Virus record (IMG/VR): IMGVR_UViG_2974592265_000001
Span: 24,404 to 88,403 of that record
DNA from: a virus
Lineage: Duplodnaviria; Caudoviricetes
Strand: one strand, 5' to 3'
Length of the DNA: 64,000 bases
Each line of letters starts with the position of its first letter. The stretch's first letter is position 1. Both the position numbers and the translations under genes were made by a program. Shown here piece after piece: positions 1-9,047 of this stretch. The notes under the pieces were generated by a model. It was not told the origin of the DNA. It worked only from the letters and a program-made list of their open reading frames with translations, and ran no database searches.

Positions 1-13
1 CGGCGGCCGACAG

Positions 14-2383
14 ATGGGCCTGTGGGCGCAGCCTTACGGCGCGGCCAGCGAGATCATCGACCACGACTGGATGGTAGCCAGCCCGGTCAGCATCTCCACC
101 ACGGACAACGCCTGGGTCACCCTGAACGGCATGGTCACCATCCCGGCCGGGGCCAACTCGATCAACCTGAACCTGCGGGTCAGCAACGGCAACGCGGTCA
201 CCATCTACTTCGCCAACCCGAAGCTGTACAAGCGCAGCGCTGAGCAGTCGGCCACCTCCACCGCCATCACTGCGCTGGACTCCCGCGTAGGGGTCACCGA
301 AGGCACACTGACCAGCCAAGGCGCGGCGATCACCTCGCTGACCAACACGGTCAACGTCGTCGGCGGCACCGGCAGCAACCTGGTGCCGGTCGAGTACTGC
401 ACGTTCAAGCAGGAAGGCCTGCCACCGATGGCCACGCGCGTGAGCACCAGCCTGTCGCTGCTGCTGAACACCAAGGCGTACAACGGCTGGTCGCTGATGG
501 TCACCGACACGCTGACCGCCGCCGGCTACTTCAGCCTGTTCGCCCACATCGACGACATGAACCTGCGGATGAAGCCGCTGCAGAAGTACATCGTGTCGTT
601 CTGGGGGATGGCGGACGAAGTCCGCACCATCAACATCCGCCTTCGCTTCGTCAACGCCGCCGGCACCCACGTCGAAGGCGTGGTCGGCAGCGTCACCCTG
701 AACCCGACTTGGCAGCGCGTCAGCACGGTCATCACCGCGCCGTCGACCGTGGTGGACGAGGCTGAGATCCTGTTCTACACCAACCCGGTCAGCGTGCCGT
801 CGTCGTCGCACTTCGACGGATTCATGGTCGAGGAACAGGTCGGCCCGTCCACGCAGCCGTCGTCCTTCGTGCCAGGCTCGGCGACTACCGCCCTGACAGC
901 CACCGCCGCCGCGATCACCTCGCTGACCACCCGGGTGACCTCTGCTGAGGGCACGATCACCAGCCAGGCAGGCGCAGTCACCGCGATTCAGGCCTCCTTG
1001 GCGGCAGGCGGAGGCGCGGGTAGCAACCTGGTGCCGGACACCTACAGCTGGCCGACCAGCACCACGCTGCCAGCCGTGGTCACCAGTAGCACCGCGCCAA
1101 CCCTGACGCTGATCGGGGTAGCCGTGGCCGCTGCTCAGTCCGGGTTTGGCTTCAAGACCACTTCCGGTTCCACCGCCACCACGCTGTGGTACTTGCTGTG
1201 CCCTAGCAATGGGGCATCCGGCTACAACATGGCGCTGGAGCCTGGCAACTACATGGTGTCGTACTACGCCTCGGCACCCGGCGCAGCGCGGATGCAGGTG
1301 CGTCTGTACGACGGCGCTGCAGGACCTATCAGCGGCGTGCAGATCCTGACCACCACACGCACCCGTTACACCGCGATCCTGAACGTACCGGCGACGATGA
1401 AAGCCGGCCTGATGATTTACCCGAACGCCGCGGGGATCAACGGCACTCAGGTCACCGTCGACTCGGTCATGGTCGAGAAGATGAACAGTGGCGCCACCAC
1501 AGCTGCCCCGTCGCCGTTCGTAGCAGGCCCTGCAGCGGAGCGCGTCACTGCGCAGGCCTCAGCCATCTCCTCGATGGACACTCGGGTGACTTCGGCGGAA
1601 GGCACGATCACGTCGCAGTCCAGCTCGATCACCAGCCTGACCTCGCGCGTCGGCACCGCTGAGGCCAACATCACCACCACCGCGACCACGCTGGCCAGCA
1701 CCAACGGCACGCTGACCTCGATGTGGGCGATGAAGATCAACACCAACGTCAACGGCAAGAACTTCATTGCCGGGATGGGGGCGGGCATCACCACGGTCGG
1801 CGGTATCACCCAGTCGGAGATCTTGTTCCAGGCTGACCGCTTCGCCCTGCTGAACACCAGCACCAACGGCATCCAGATGCCGTTCTTCATCGAGAGTGGG
1901 ATCACTTACATCACCTCGGCGATGATCAAGAACGCCTCGATCATGGCGGCGCAGATCGCCAGTGCGCAGATCAACACGGGCCACATCGGCACCGCACAGA
2001 TCATCACAGCACACATCGCAGACGCGCAGATCACCAACGCCAAAATCGGCAGCCTGGCAGTGGACACGCTGAAGATCGCCGGCAACGCCGTAACGGTGCC
2101 AGTAGCCTCGTACACCACGACGCCGTCGGTGACGGTGGTGATCACGATCGACGCCAACTACCCGATCATGGTGATCGGCTCGCTGACCCAGGCGAACTTC
2201 TCTACCATCTCGCTAAAGCGCAACGGTGTGCAGCTGTGGTCTGAGGTGCCGGTGGCCGGCACGGTCTGCTGCCGAGGGATCGTGGACAGCCCGGGCGCCG
2301 GTACACATACTTACGTCCTGGCCTCGACCCACAGCGGTAACGTGAACGGGTCCTCACTCATTCTACTGGCGTGCAAAAAATGA
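14..2383 (+). CDS. Tail fibre / host-specificity protein, C-terminal part (gene probably begins upstream of the window)
   Basis: Frame is open back to the window edge. Carbohydrate-binding-like beta domains starting GSNLVP alternate with coiled-coil repeats (AITSLTTRVTSAEGTITSQ). The segment AGMGAG...QSEILFQADRFALL resembles the J-protein/DUF1983 region. Confidence 0.8.
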   Translation: MGLWAQPYGAASEIIDHDWMVASPVSISTTDNAWVTLNGMVTIPAGANSINLNLRVSNGNAVTIYFANPKLYKRSAEQSATSTAITALDSRVGVTEGTLTSQGAAITSLTNTVNVVGGTGSNLVPVEYCTFKQEGLPPMATRVSTSLSLLLNTKAYNGWSLMVTDTLTAAGYFSLFAHIDDMNLRMKPLQKYIVSFWGMADEVRTINIRLRFVNAAGTHVEGVVGSVTLNPTWQRVSTVITAPSTVVDEAEILFYTNPVSVPSSSHFDGFMVEEQVGPSTQPSSFVPGSATTALTATAAAITSLTTRVTSAEGTITSQAGAVTAIQASLAAGGGAGSNLVPDTYSWPTSTTLPAVVTSSTAPTLTLIGVAVAAAQSGFGFKTTSGSTATTLWYLLCPSNGASGYNMALEPGNYMVSYYASAPGAARMQVRLYDGAAGPISGVQILTTTRTRYTAILNVPATMKAGLMIYPNAAGINGTQVTVDSVMVEKMNSGATTAAPSPFVAGPAAERVTAQASAISSMDTRVTSAEGTITSQSSSITSLTSRVGTAEANITTTATTLASTNGTLTSMWAMKINTNVNGKNFIAGMGAGITTVGGITQSEILFQADRFALLNTSTNGIQMPFFIESGITYITSAMIKNASIMAAQIASAQINTGHIGTAQIITAHIADAQITNAKIGSLAVDTLKIAGNAVTVPVASYTTTPSVTVVITIDANYPIMVIGSLTQANFSTISLKRNGVQLWSEVPVAGTVCCRGIVDSPGAGTHTYVLASTHSGNVNGSSLILLACKK

Positions 2384-2712
2384 CTAGTGTTGTGCACTTC
2401 TTTGTAACGGATGACCAAGACGTGGTCATCCAGGTGGGTTCATCTCAAGAGACGTTGCTTGAGGTGAACGCCGTGCCTGGCACCATCCACTTCGGCGATG
2501 CCCCTCACGGGACGTTCAAATACATCAACGGGGAGTTTGTGCATTACGAGAGGGAGCTGGCCTACGACGCAGCGCGTCAGAAGGAGTACCCGCAGGTGAC
2601 AGCCCAGTTGGATGCGTTGTGGCATGCAATGGACCGGGGGGAGCTGCCCAAGGTCGCCGGGTTCTACGACGAGATCAAGGAAGTGAAGGACAAATATGTC
2701 AAGCCTGAATAG
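2380..2712 (+). CDS. Tail-fibre-associated protein (assembly/chaperone-like)
   Basis: ATG at 2380 overlaps the tail-fibre stop (ATGA). C-terminal 'ARQKEYPQVTAQLDALWHAM...IKEVKDKYVK' is typical of small tail-fibre-linked proteins. Confidence 0.6.
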   Translation: MTSVVHFFVTDDQDVVIQVGSSQETLLEVNAVPGTIHFGDAPHGTFKYINGEFVHYERELAYDAARQKEYPQVTAQLDALWHAMDRGELPKVAGFYDEIKEVKDKYVKPE

Positions 2713-2780
2713 TCAGGCTTGAGTAAGATAGCGACTCATTACATGAACCAGCAGTACACACCATTGGTAGCGGAAAAAGG

Positions 2781-3005
2781 ATGACCGACATGAGCTTTGT
2801 TGCCGTCAATTACACCAACGCATTCGACCTGATCAATGCCAAACCCTTCGCCAGCTTCGAGGAGGCGGATGCCGCTGCACGAGAAGCGCTGCTTGATGCG
2901 CCCAAGGCCACCATCAAGGTGCTGGAGATCAAGCAGGTCTACACCGCGACCGTCACGGTCAGCTCCGCCAACCCTGAGCCCGTAGAGCCTGCTCCGCAGG
3001 AATAA
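2781..3005 (+). CDS. Hypothetical protein
   Basis: Compact ORF with an upstream AAGG RBS, located in the late operon. Confidence 0.55.
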   Translation: MTDMSFVAVNYTNAFDLINAKPFASFEEADAAAREALLDAPKATIKVLEIKQVYTATVTVSSANPEPVEPAPQE

Positions 3006-3104
3006 TCAGCGACGACCCTGCCGATGGAAGCCACCCCAGTCACCTTGTGACTGAGGTGGCAAACGGCTATCCTTCGGCCACACGTTATAGGGAAATAACA
3101 GCTG

Positions 3105-3500
3105 ATGACTACTGATCCAGCTTCGCATACAGGGTGGCTGACGGTCTCTGCAGTCTACGTGTGGGCCATTATCGAACAGCTACACCCTGGCTCAGCGATG
3201 GGTGCCTCCTTCGGCTGCGTGTTCTTCGTCTTACTGCCTGATCCAGTTGTATCCTCTTGGTTACTAAAACTTATCCGAAAAATAGGACTCACAGTTGTGT
3301 CCTGGGGGTTCGGCTACGCCGTGGGGATTGCGTTCTCCAACGGCAGTTCAATGCTCGCTGCACTGATCGGTGCCGCGGTTGCTTCGGGGGTTCTTGGCGC
3401 GCTCAACTTGATGGTCAAGAACGATGGCGACCTGCCGCAATGGATGTCGTCTCTGATTAACGCAATTCTACGGTTGAAGCGAGGCGGCGATGAGCAATGA
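3105..3500 (+). CDS. Holin-like membrane protein
   Basis: Several hydrophobic segments; first gene of the lysis cassette. Confidence 0.65.
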   Translation: MTTDPASHTGWLTVSAVYVWAIIEQLHPGSAMGASFGCVFFVLLPDPVVSSWLLKLIRKIGLTVVSWGFGYAVGIAFSNGSSMLAALIGAAVASGVLGALNLMVKNDGDLPQWMSSLINAILRLKRGGDEQ

Positions 3501-3807
3501 TCCTATGTATGGGGAAGTGCTTCTAAGCATTCGCATAGCGCTGCACATGGTCACGTTCTTTTCAGTGATCTGCTACAGCAGCGAACACCGCACACGTCCG
3601 TTCTCCAGCGTGCTGGCCTTGCTCTTGGCCGGCACATCACTGGCCTTGGCCATGCAGGGGTACACCGGCTTCGCAGCGATCGCAGCGAACTCGGAAATCT
3701 GGCTGGTGCTGTTCGTTGGTGTAGTGACCATCCTTGTTGTCGCCAACGGCGGCAACGTCGCAAAAGTTCTCCACAACACTCGAAAGAGGCTCCCCTATGG
3801 ACGCTAA
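3490..3807 (+). CDS. Second holin/antiholin-like membrane protein
   Basis: Three predicted TM helices and a basic C-terminus; overlaps both neighbours; directly precedes the endolysin. Confidence 0.65.
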   Translation: MSNDPMYGEVLLSIRIALHMVTFFSVICYSSEHRTRPFSSVLALLLAGTSLALAMQGYTGFAAIAANSEIWLVLFVGVVTILVVANGGNVAKVLHNTRKRLPYGR

Positions 3808-4339
3808 GACTCTGGCCGCCGCCACGGGTATTCCGTTGGCGCGCGCACAGAAGTGGGAAGGACCCATCAGCGAAGCCATCACCTACGCCGACATCACGTT
3901 GGCCAGGTCGATCGCCTCGTTCCTCGCCCAGACCGGGCATGAAAGCATGAGCTTCACCCGCACCAAGGAGATGGGTGACGACAAGTACCTCAGCCAGTAC
4001 GACACCGGTAAGAAGGCCGAGCGCCTGGGCAACACGCCGGAGGCCGATGGCGACGGACAGCTGTACGCCGGCCGTGGGCTGATTCAGGTCACTGGCAAGA
4101 GTAACTACCGCCAGTGCAGCCTCGACCTGTTCGGGGATGAGCGCCTGGTGGATCATCCTCAGCTCCTCGAGGAGCCACGCTACGCAGCCCTGTCGGCGGC
4201 GTGGTACTGGAAGAAGAAGAAGCTGAACAGCCTGTCCAACGACATCATGGCGCAGACCCAGCGAATCAACGGCGGCCTGAACGGCATCGAAGATCGCAAG
4301 AAGCGCATGAGCCTGGCGCTCAAAGCGTTGGCTGCATGA
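3797..4339 (+). CDS. Endolysin, glycoside hydrolase family 19 (chitinase-like)
   Basis: FLAQTGHES, YAGRGLIQVTGKSNY, SAAWYW and TQRINGGLNGIEDR motifs. Start placed at ATG 3797 (MDAKTLAAATG). Confidence 0.92.
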   Translation: MDAKTLAAATGIPLARAQKWEGPISEAITYADITLARSIASFLAQTGHESMSFTRTKEMGDDKYLSQYDTGKKAERLGNTPEADGDGQLYAGRGLIQVTGKSNYRQCSLDLFGDERLVDHPQLLEEPRYAALSAAWYWKKKKLNSLSNDIMAQTQRINGGLNGIEDRKKRMSLALKALAA

Positions 4340-4875
4340 TGTTCGACCTACGCGCCGTGATCATCGCTGCCCTGTCCGCTCTGGTGATCGGGGCAGGTGT
4401 CGGCGCGTGGGTCGCTTGGGGCGTTCGCGCGACCCAGGCTGACCTCGACCTGCTTGGGCTGCGCAACACCTATGACACCGCCACCGCCGCGGCCAAGGAT
4501 GAATCCCGCAGCGCGGAGCAGGCCTTGCAGCGGCAGATCGACGACCTGAGCGAGAAGGCCCGCGATGACCGCCACGAGATTGATACTGATGTCGCTGTTG
4601 CTGGCGACACTACTGACGGCCTGCTGCACGCAGCCGCCAACCTACGTTACAGCGCCTCCGCCTGTGATCCCGGCGTTGCCCGCCGAGGCCAGGCAGCCAC
4701 CAAGGCCGCCCTTCTGTACTCCGAGCTGCTTGAAGAAACTCAGCGATTGGCAAAGGGATTGGCAGAAGAAGCTGAGCGAACCCGAGCTGCAGGCGCCACT
4801 TGTGAAGTCGCCTACGACGGGGTGAAGCAAAAATATGGGGAGTTGTGGCATGAAAGGACCGGTAGTGACCGGTAG
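4336..4875 (+). CDS. Rz-like i-spanin
   Basis: N-terminal TM anchor followed by an Ala-rich coiled coil; ATG overlaps the endolysin stop; contains an out-of-frame lipoprotein gene. Confidence 0.85.
   Translation: MMFDLRAVIIAALSALVIGAGVGAWVAWGVRATQADLDLLGLRNTYDTATAAAKDESRSAEQALQRQIDDLSEKARDDRHEIDTDVAVAGDTTDGLLHAAANLRYSASACDPGVARRGQAATKAALLYSELLEETQRLAKGLAEEAERTRAAGATCEVAYDGVKQKYGELWHERTGSDR
4565..4825 (+). CDS. Rz1-like o-spanin lipoprotein, embedded in Rz
   Basis: Signal peptide with lipobox LTA-C and Pro-rich mature part (PPPVIPALP); nested in another frame of Rz. Confidence 0.85.
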   Translation: MTATRLILMSLLLATLLTACCTQPPTYVTAPPPVIPALPAEARQPPRPPFCTPSCLKKLSDWQRDWQKKLSEPELQAPLVKSPTTG

Positions 4876-4883
4876 GTGAAGGG

Positions 4884-4899
4884 TGTTCCACGTGGAACA
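4884..4899. promoter_or_regulatory. parS: parS (ParB-binding centromere) palindrome
   Basis: Perfect 16-bp palindrome TGTTCCACGTGGAACA matching the bacterial chromosomal parS consensus TGTTNCACGTGNAACA; intergenic. Confidence 0.85.
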
Positions 4900-4914
4900 T
4901 TTGCAGAGTTAGAG

Positions 4915-4943
4915 GAGGGCAGCGATCGCTGCCCTCGTTGTTT
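4915..4943 (+). terminator. Intrinsic terminator at the late/replication convergence point
   Basis: GAGGGCAGC-GATC-GCTGCCCTC followed by GTTGTTT, between convergent genes. Confidence 0.65.
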
Positions 4944-5219
4944 CTAGGCGTGGGTCCAGCTGAATTTTCCGATCAAGGTGTCACCCTTGAGCGTCTTGTA
5001 CTCCATCAGCCCTTCGCGATCAGACAGGTGTCGAGTGCGGCAGGCGATGACCACGGTGTCCTTGAGGAAGAACAGCGAGGTGCCCACTTCCGTGGTGCCG
5101 GTGGTGCCGGCTGGCACCTTGATGTACATCCAGGTGGATACCGGCGCCAGACTGCCTGGAGGGTTCCAGTGGGTGGCCTCTTCAACGTGGCCGCAGCAAG
5201 GGCAGCGTTCCGGGGTCAT
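4944..5219 (-). CDS. Hypothetical protein
   Basis: Last ORF of the - strand chain; 4-nt overlap with the upstream gene; N-terminal CPCC. Confidence 0.55.
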   Translation of the reverse strand: MTPERCPCCGHVEEATHWNPPGSLAPVSTWMYIKVPAGTTGTTEVGTSLFFLKDTVVIACRTRHLSDREGLMEYKTLKGDTLIGKFSWTHA

Positions 5220-5455
5220 GCTGGCTCCTCGATGCTGAGCACTTCAAACTGCAACTCCACGTCGTAAGCATGGTGCCGGGTCGTCAGCTCGCCGCGGTGG
5301 CCAGGCATGTCGAACACGTAGCCTTCGACCGGCCCGCCACACACCTTGGCCTCCACTTCCTTTTCATTTCCACCGGGGGTGATGAACGTGGCCTTGGCTG
5401 GGAGGATCTTGCCGTCTGCTTCGGTGAACAGCTTGGTGATTCGGATGCGCCACAT
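5216..5455 (-). CDS. Hypothetical protein
   Basis: Tightly packed ORF with GAGGA RBS. Confidence 0.55.
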   Translation of the reverse strand: MWRIRITKLFTEADGKILPAKATFITPGGNEKEVEAKVCGGPVEGYVFDMPGHRGELTTRHHAYDVELQFEVLSIEEPA

Positions 5456-5457
5456 GG

Positions 5458-5913
5458 TCAGTCCTCACATTTTACGTGGTAGATGGTCTCGGTGCGGTAC
5501 TGGGCAGCTTTCAGCTGCAGCTCGGTCAGGATCTGGTCGCGAGTTTTAACCGTACCGTCTGGGTTGGTGTTGAAGGGGTTTATCGTCTGCGAAACCACCT
5601 TGGTGCGAGTGCACATCTTGCCGCATTTTCCGCAGAGCGCCTTGGCCTTTACTGTCAGCTTGACCTCCTGAAAGATCATCCTGTTCGTGTACATAAGTTT
5701 CTCCGGGGTCGTAATGGATACCGTGCACATCTGGCTATGCTCGATGAAGAGCTGCCCGTCGCCGGGCACCTCCACAAGAACGGGGCCGGTCTTGCCGTTG
5801 ATGAACCCCGACCATTTCAAATCACCGCCGTCCTCCGTGGTGAAGTGAATGTCGCACAGCCCAGTCAGCGAGCCCACCTGATAGTAGGCTCTCGTAATCA
5901 CCAGTCGGTGCAT
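5458..5913 (-). CDS. Hypothetical protein (CxxC-containing)
   Basis: Packed directly after sbcC; CGKC motif. Confidence 0.55.
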   Translation of the reverse strand: MHRLVITRAYYQVGSLTGLCDIHFTTEDGGDLKWSGFINGKTGPVLVEVPGDGQLFIEHSQMCTVSITTPEKLMYTNRMIFQEVKLTVKAKALCGKCGKMCTRTKVVSQTINPFNTNPDGTVKTRDQILTELQLKAAQYRTETIYHVKCED

Positions 5914-5914
5914 A

Positions 5915-8182
5915 TCACTCCCCCACGTTGACGATGTTTTCCGCCAGCGCCTGGTCGGTCTCGCGGTGGGTGATCAGCAGCACCTGCTTGGCGCTTCCAG
6001 CGATCATCGCCGCCAGACTTGCAGCGTTGTGTTCACGGCAGTCGGCAGTGGGCTCGTCGAAGATCAGCAGGCTGTCCTTGCCGTACAGGGCACGGGCCAG
6101 ACCTACACGCAGCGAGACACCGATCATGGCTTTCTGCGCGCCGGAAGCCGACGCTGTAGGAGCGGAAATGCCTTCTTCCATGTAGTAGAAGTCACCCTCG
6201 TCGTTGCTGATCTGCGTGATCAGGTCCTTCGAAGCGGTGCGCACCAACTTGCTGCCCACACCCATGACGGTGTCCCAGACTTCCTTCAGGTACTGCTGAC
6301 GACGGTCACGCAGGAACTGCACCAGGCGCTGGTACTTCTTGGCCAGGGCAACGTGTTCCACGGCAGCGGTGGCGTTCTTCTGCAGCTGCTCCAGCTTCTC
6401 GTTGGCCGCGTCCAGCAGCGAGGTGGCGTGCTTGACTTCCTGCTTGGCCAGGGTAACCGCCGATTCCAACACCTGCTTGCGTTCCTTCCACTCGCTGTGG
6501 GCGGCCTGGTAGGCGGTCTCAGCGGCTTCAGCAGCTTTGACGTCCGCTTCTGTCGGCGGCTCCGGCAACGCCTCCAGCTCGTCGTTCAGGGCCTGCAGAG
6601 TGGCCTTGGTCTCGTCCACCGTCACGCCGGCAGCTGCCAGCGCAGCGTGCTCGCGGTCGTAGGTGGAGTTGGCTTCGGTGATGCCCTTCAGCTTGGCCTG
6701 CATCTCGGCGTAGCTGGTGCGGGACTCACTCAGCTGTCCTGCCACACCGCTGAGCTCGTCTTCAATGATGCCCAGGGCGCGGGCAGGCTTGACGGCTTCT
6801 TTGGCTGCCTTGTCAGCGTTGATCGCATTGTCCAGCTTGACGATGGACGCCTCGTAGCGTGCCAGGGTGTCGGCGCGACCTTTACGGTCTTCCTTCATCG
6901 CGGCGATGTCGGTCTGCAGCTGCGCCACCGAAGCCTTACGGCCCTCCCAGTAGGTACGGGCTTCCTCCGCTTCAGCTTTCAGCTTCTCAGGGTCGTGGTC
7001 TTCCTTTGCCCGTAGGCAAGTCGGGCACACGGCACCGTCGGACAGCATCAGCAGGTTGTCGTAGCTGCCCTTGGCCTTGCCAACTTCTTCCAGGCGTGCG
7101 GCGAGGTCGTCCTGCGAGGTCTGGATCGTTCGGTCCAGCAGGGCGATCTCAATTTCAGAGTCATCAGGCTCGAAGTCCTTCCAGTTGGCGTTGTGCTCGA
7201 CTTGGCAGGTGTCCAGTGCCAGATCAGCCTCATCGGCGGCCAGCTGCAGACGTTTGGCCACGGCCAGCTCGTCGTTCAGAGCCTTCTCGGTGGCGGCCAG
7301 GGTGGTGCCGGAGGTCTTCATGCCTTCCATGTCGGCGAGGATCGCGGCGCCGTCCTGTTTGACCAGACCCATTGTGCGAGCCGCTGCCTCGTCGGCACGG
7401 CTGTTGGCGTGTTTGACGTTGTTCTCGGCCACGGTGATGCGGTTGGACAGGCTGACCACGACGGCGATCTTCTCGCGCAGGGCGAAGGCTGCAGCAGGTT
7501 TCTCCAGATCGAACTCACCCTGGGACTCGCTGTTGGAAACCGCCGTGGCCAAACCAGACCCTGCCTGCAGGCTGGCGTCGGCGGCTGCCTTGGCCATTTC
7601 ACGGGCTTCTTCCATGGCTTCGTCCGAGACGAGGAGGGCGTCCGCCTTGCCGGTGCTGATGGTGGACTGACGCTGTGCTTCGGCCTGGACCTTGTCGATC
7701 AGATCGACGCCGGCGAACTCTTCAACCTTGCGGTTCAGCGCGGCGGCGCCGAACTCGAGGATGGCGGCCGAGCTGTGCTGCTTGGACTGCACGAACAGGT
7801 CCCAGTCCTTGGCCGACAGGCCCAGCAGGGATTCCATCTCGGCGGTGACCGGGGTGCTGCCATTGGCCACCAGGTCGACGCTGCCGTCAGCGTTGGTGCG
7901 GGTCAGCTTGGCGGTCTTGTCGGTGCGCACGCAGCTGTAGATCTCGTCAGCGTGCAGCTGGAAGGTCAGGGTCACCTTCCAGGTCTTCTGGCCCCACGTC
8001 GGGATGTTTTCCTTCTTGCCCGGTACGACGGTGGGGCCGAACAGGGCCACCTGAATGGCCTGCAGCAGGGTGGACTTGCCTTTGGCGTTGTCCCCGGCCA
8101 CGACGTTCAGGCCCTGGGTGAATTCCGCGGTGAAGCTGCCGAGCTTTTTGAAGTTCTCGGTGACGCAAGTTAACAGACGCAT
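5915..8182 (-). CDS. sbcC: SbcC/Rad50-like SMC-family ATPase
   Basis: Walker A GDNAKGKSTLL, long coiled coils with central zinc hook CPTC, signature SASGAQ, Walker B LLIFDEPT, H-loop LLITH. Confidence 0.92.
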   Translation of the reverse strand: MRLLTCVTENFKKLGSFTAEFTQGLNVVAGDNAKGKSTLLQAIQVALFGPTVVPGKKENIPTWGQKTWKVTLTFQLHADEIYSCVRTDKTAKLTRTNADGSVDLVANGSTPVTAEMESLLGLSAKDWDLFVQSKQHSSAAILEFGAAALNRKVEEFAGVDLIDKVQAEAQRQSTISTGKADALLVSDEAMEEAREMAKAAADASLQAGSGLATAVSNSESQGEFDLEKPAAAFALREKIAVVVSLSNRITVAENNVKHANSRADEAAARTMGLVKQDGAAILADMEGMKTSGTTLAATEKALNDELAVAKRLQLAADEADLALDTCQVEHNANWKDFEPDDSEIEIALLDRTIQTSQDDLAARLEEVGKAKGSYDNLLMLSDGAVCPTCLRAKEDHDPEKLKAEAEEARTYWEGRKASVAQLQTDIAAMKEDRKGRADTLARYEASIVKLDNAINADKAAKEAVKPARALGIIEDELSGVAGQLSESRTSYAEMQAKLKGITEANSTYDREHAALAAAGVTVDETKATLQALNDELEALPEPPTEADVKAAEAAETAYQAAHSEWKERKQVLESAVTLAKQEVKHATSLLDAANEKLEQLQKNATAAVEHVALAKKYQRLVQFLRDRRQQYLKEVWDTVMGVGSKLVRTASKDLITQISNDEGDFYYMEEGISAPTASASGAQKAMIGVSLRVGLARALYGKDSLLIFDEPTADCREHNAASLAAMIAGSAKQVLLITHRETDQALAENIVNVGE

Positions 8183-8367
8183 GGCGCCTCCTATGTAGGG
8201 ATAAGTCGCTAGTTAGCGAGAATACACGTTAAAGATGATGGCTGCGATGGCAATGGAAAGCGGGTGAGGGCGCAGGTTGATCTTCGCGGGGCTCTGCCAG
8301 AGCAGGAACGACAGATCGACGGGTTCCCGGTAGGTTGCCCTACCGGTGAACTGCAACGTGCTGTGAC

Positions 8368-8712
8368 TCACAGCTTGCTCGCCGCTTCAATAAACTCCTT
8401 GAAGTCGTCGCCCTGGTGGTGCGACCAGCTGAGCTTCTTCAGCATGGCCAGGTTCACCGCCTTGTCGTGCGCCGGCTCGCTGTACAGCTCCGGGATGTCC
8501 CGGCCGATCATAGTGATAGCAGCCTCGACGTCGGTCAGTTCATCGTGTAGGTACTGTCGGTTGGTACGGATGTCGAGGCTGTCCGGGTTGAAGCTGTCGT
8601 AACCGTGCCGCAGGATCTTGCCGATGATCTGAATGGCCTCGCCCATCTCTTCAGCGAGGATAGCCAGGCGTTCCGCTTGGGCCGGGGTCAGTTCGTTAAA
8701 GTGTGTAGGCAT
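8368..8712 (-). CDS. MazG-like nucleotide pyrophosphohydrolase
   Basis: LAEEMGEAIQIIGKILRHG...LHDELTDV pattern (ExxE...ExxD). Start at ATG 8712. Confidence 0.7.
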   Translation of the reverse strand: MPTHFNELTPAQAERLAILAEEMGEAIQIIGKILRHGYDSFNPDSLDIRTNRQYLHDELTDVEAAITMIGRDIPELYSEPAHDKAVNLAMLKKLSWSHHQGDDFKEFIEAASKL

Positions 8713-9047
8713 GGCTCGTACTCCTTGTCGGCGTCGTAGATGTTGGACGGCTGCACATACTCGTTCAGCTGCCCTTCCTTGACGTTGTAGCTCTTGGCCG
8801 GGCCGAGGTTGCACTGCTCGGTCTTGAAAGCGTAGTGGATCTGGCAGCCGGCAATGGTCAGGCTACCCAGCTCTACGTACCAGTTAGTCGACCTGGCGTT
8901 AGTCTTGACTCCAAGCGCCTGCTGTGAGTCCAGTACCGCATGCACGGTGCCGAACGCGGCCTTGTACGACCCACCGTCCGGGGCAATGAACCAGTCATTG
9001 GTGGTGATCAGGGCCTTGCAGCCAATGGTCAGGTTCTTCGGGATCAT
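8688..9047 (-). CDS. Hypothetical protein
   Basis: 4-nt overlap with the sbcD stop; coding-like codon usage. Confidence 0.6.
   Translation of the reverse strand: MIPKNLTIGCKALITTNDWFIAPDGGSYKAAFGTVHAVLDSQQALGVKTNARSTNWYVELGSLTIAGCQIHYAFKTEQCNLGPAKSYNVKEGQLNEYVQPSNIYDADKEYEPCLHTLTN

Noticed and set aside
4915-4936. Hairpin as a solitary CRISPR repeat (RNA anti-CRISPR)
   Set aside because: No match to type I-F or I-E repeat ends. No repeat-spacer array was seen anywhere in the window.
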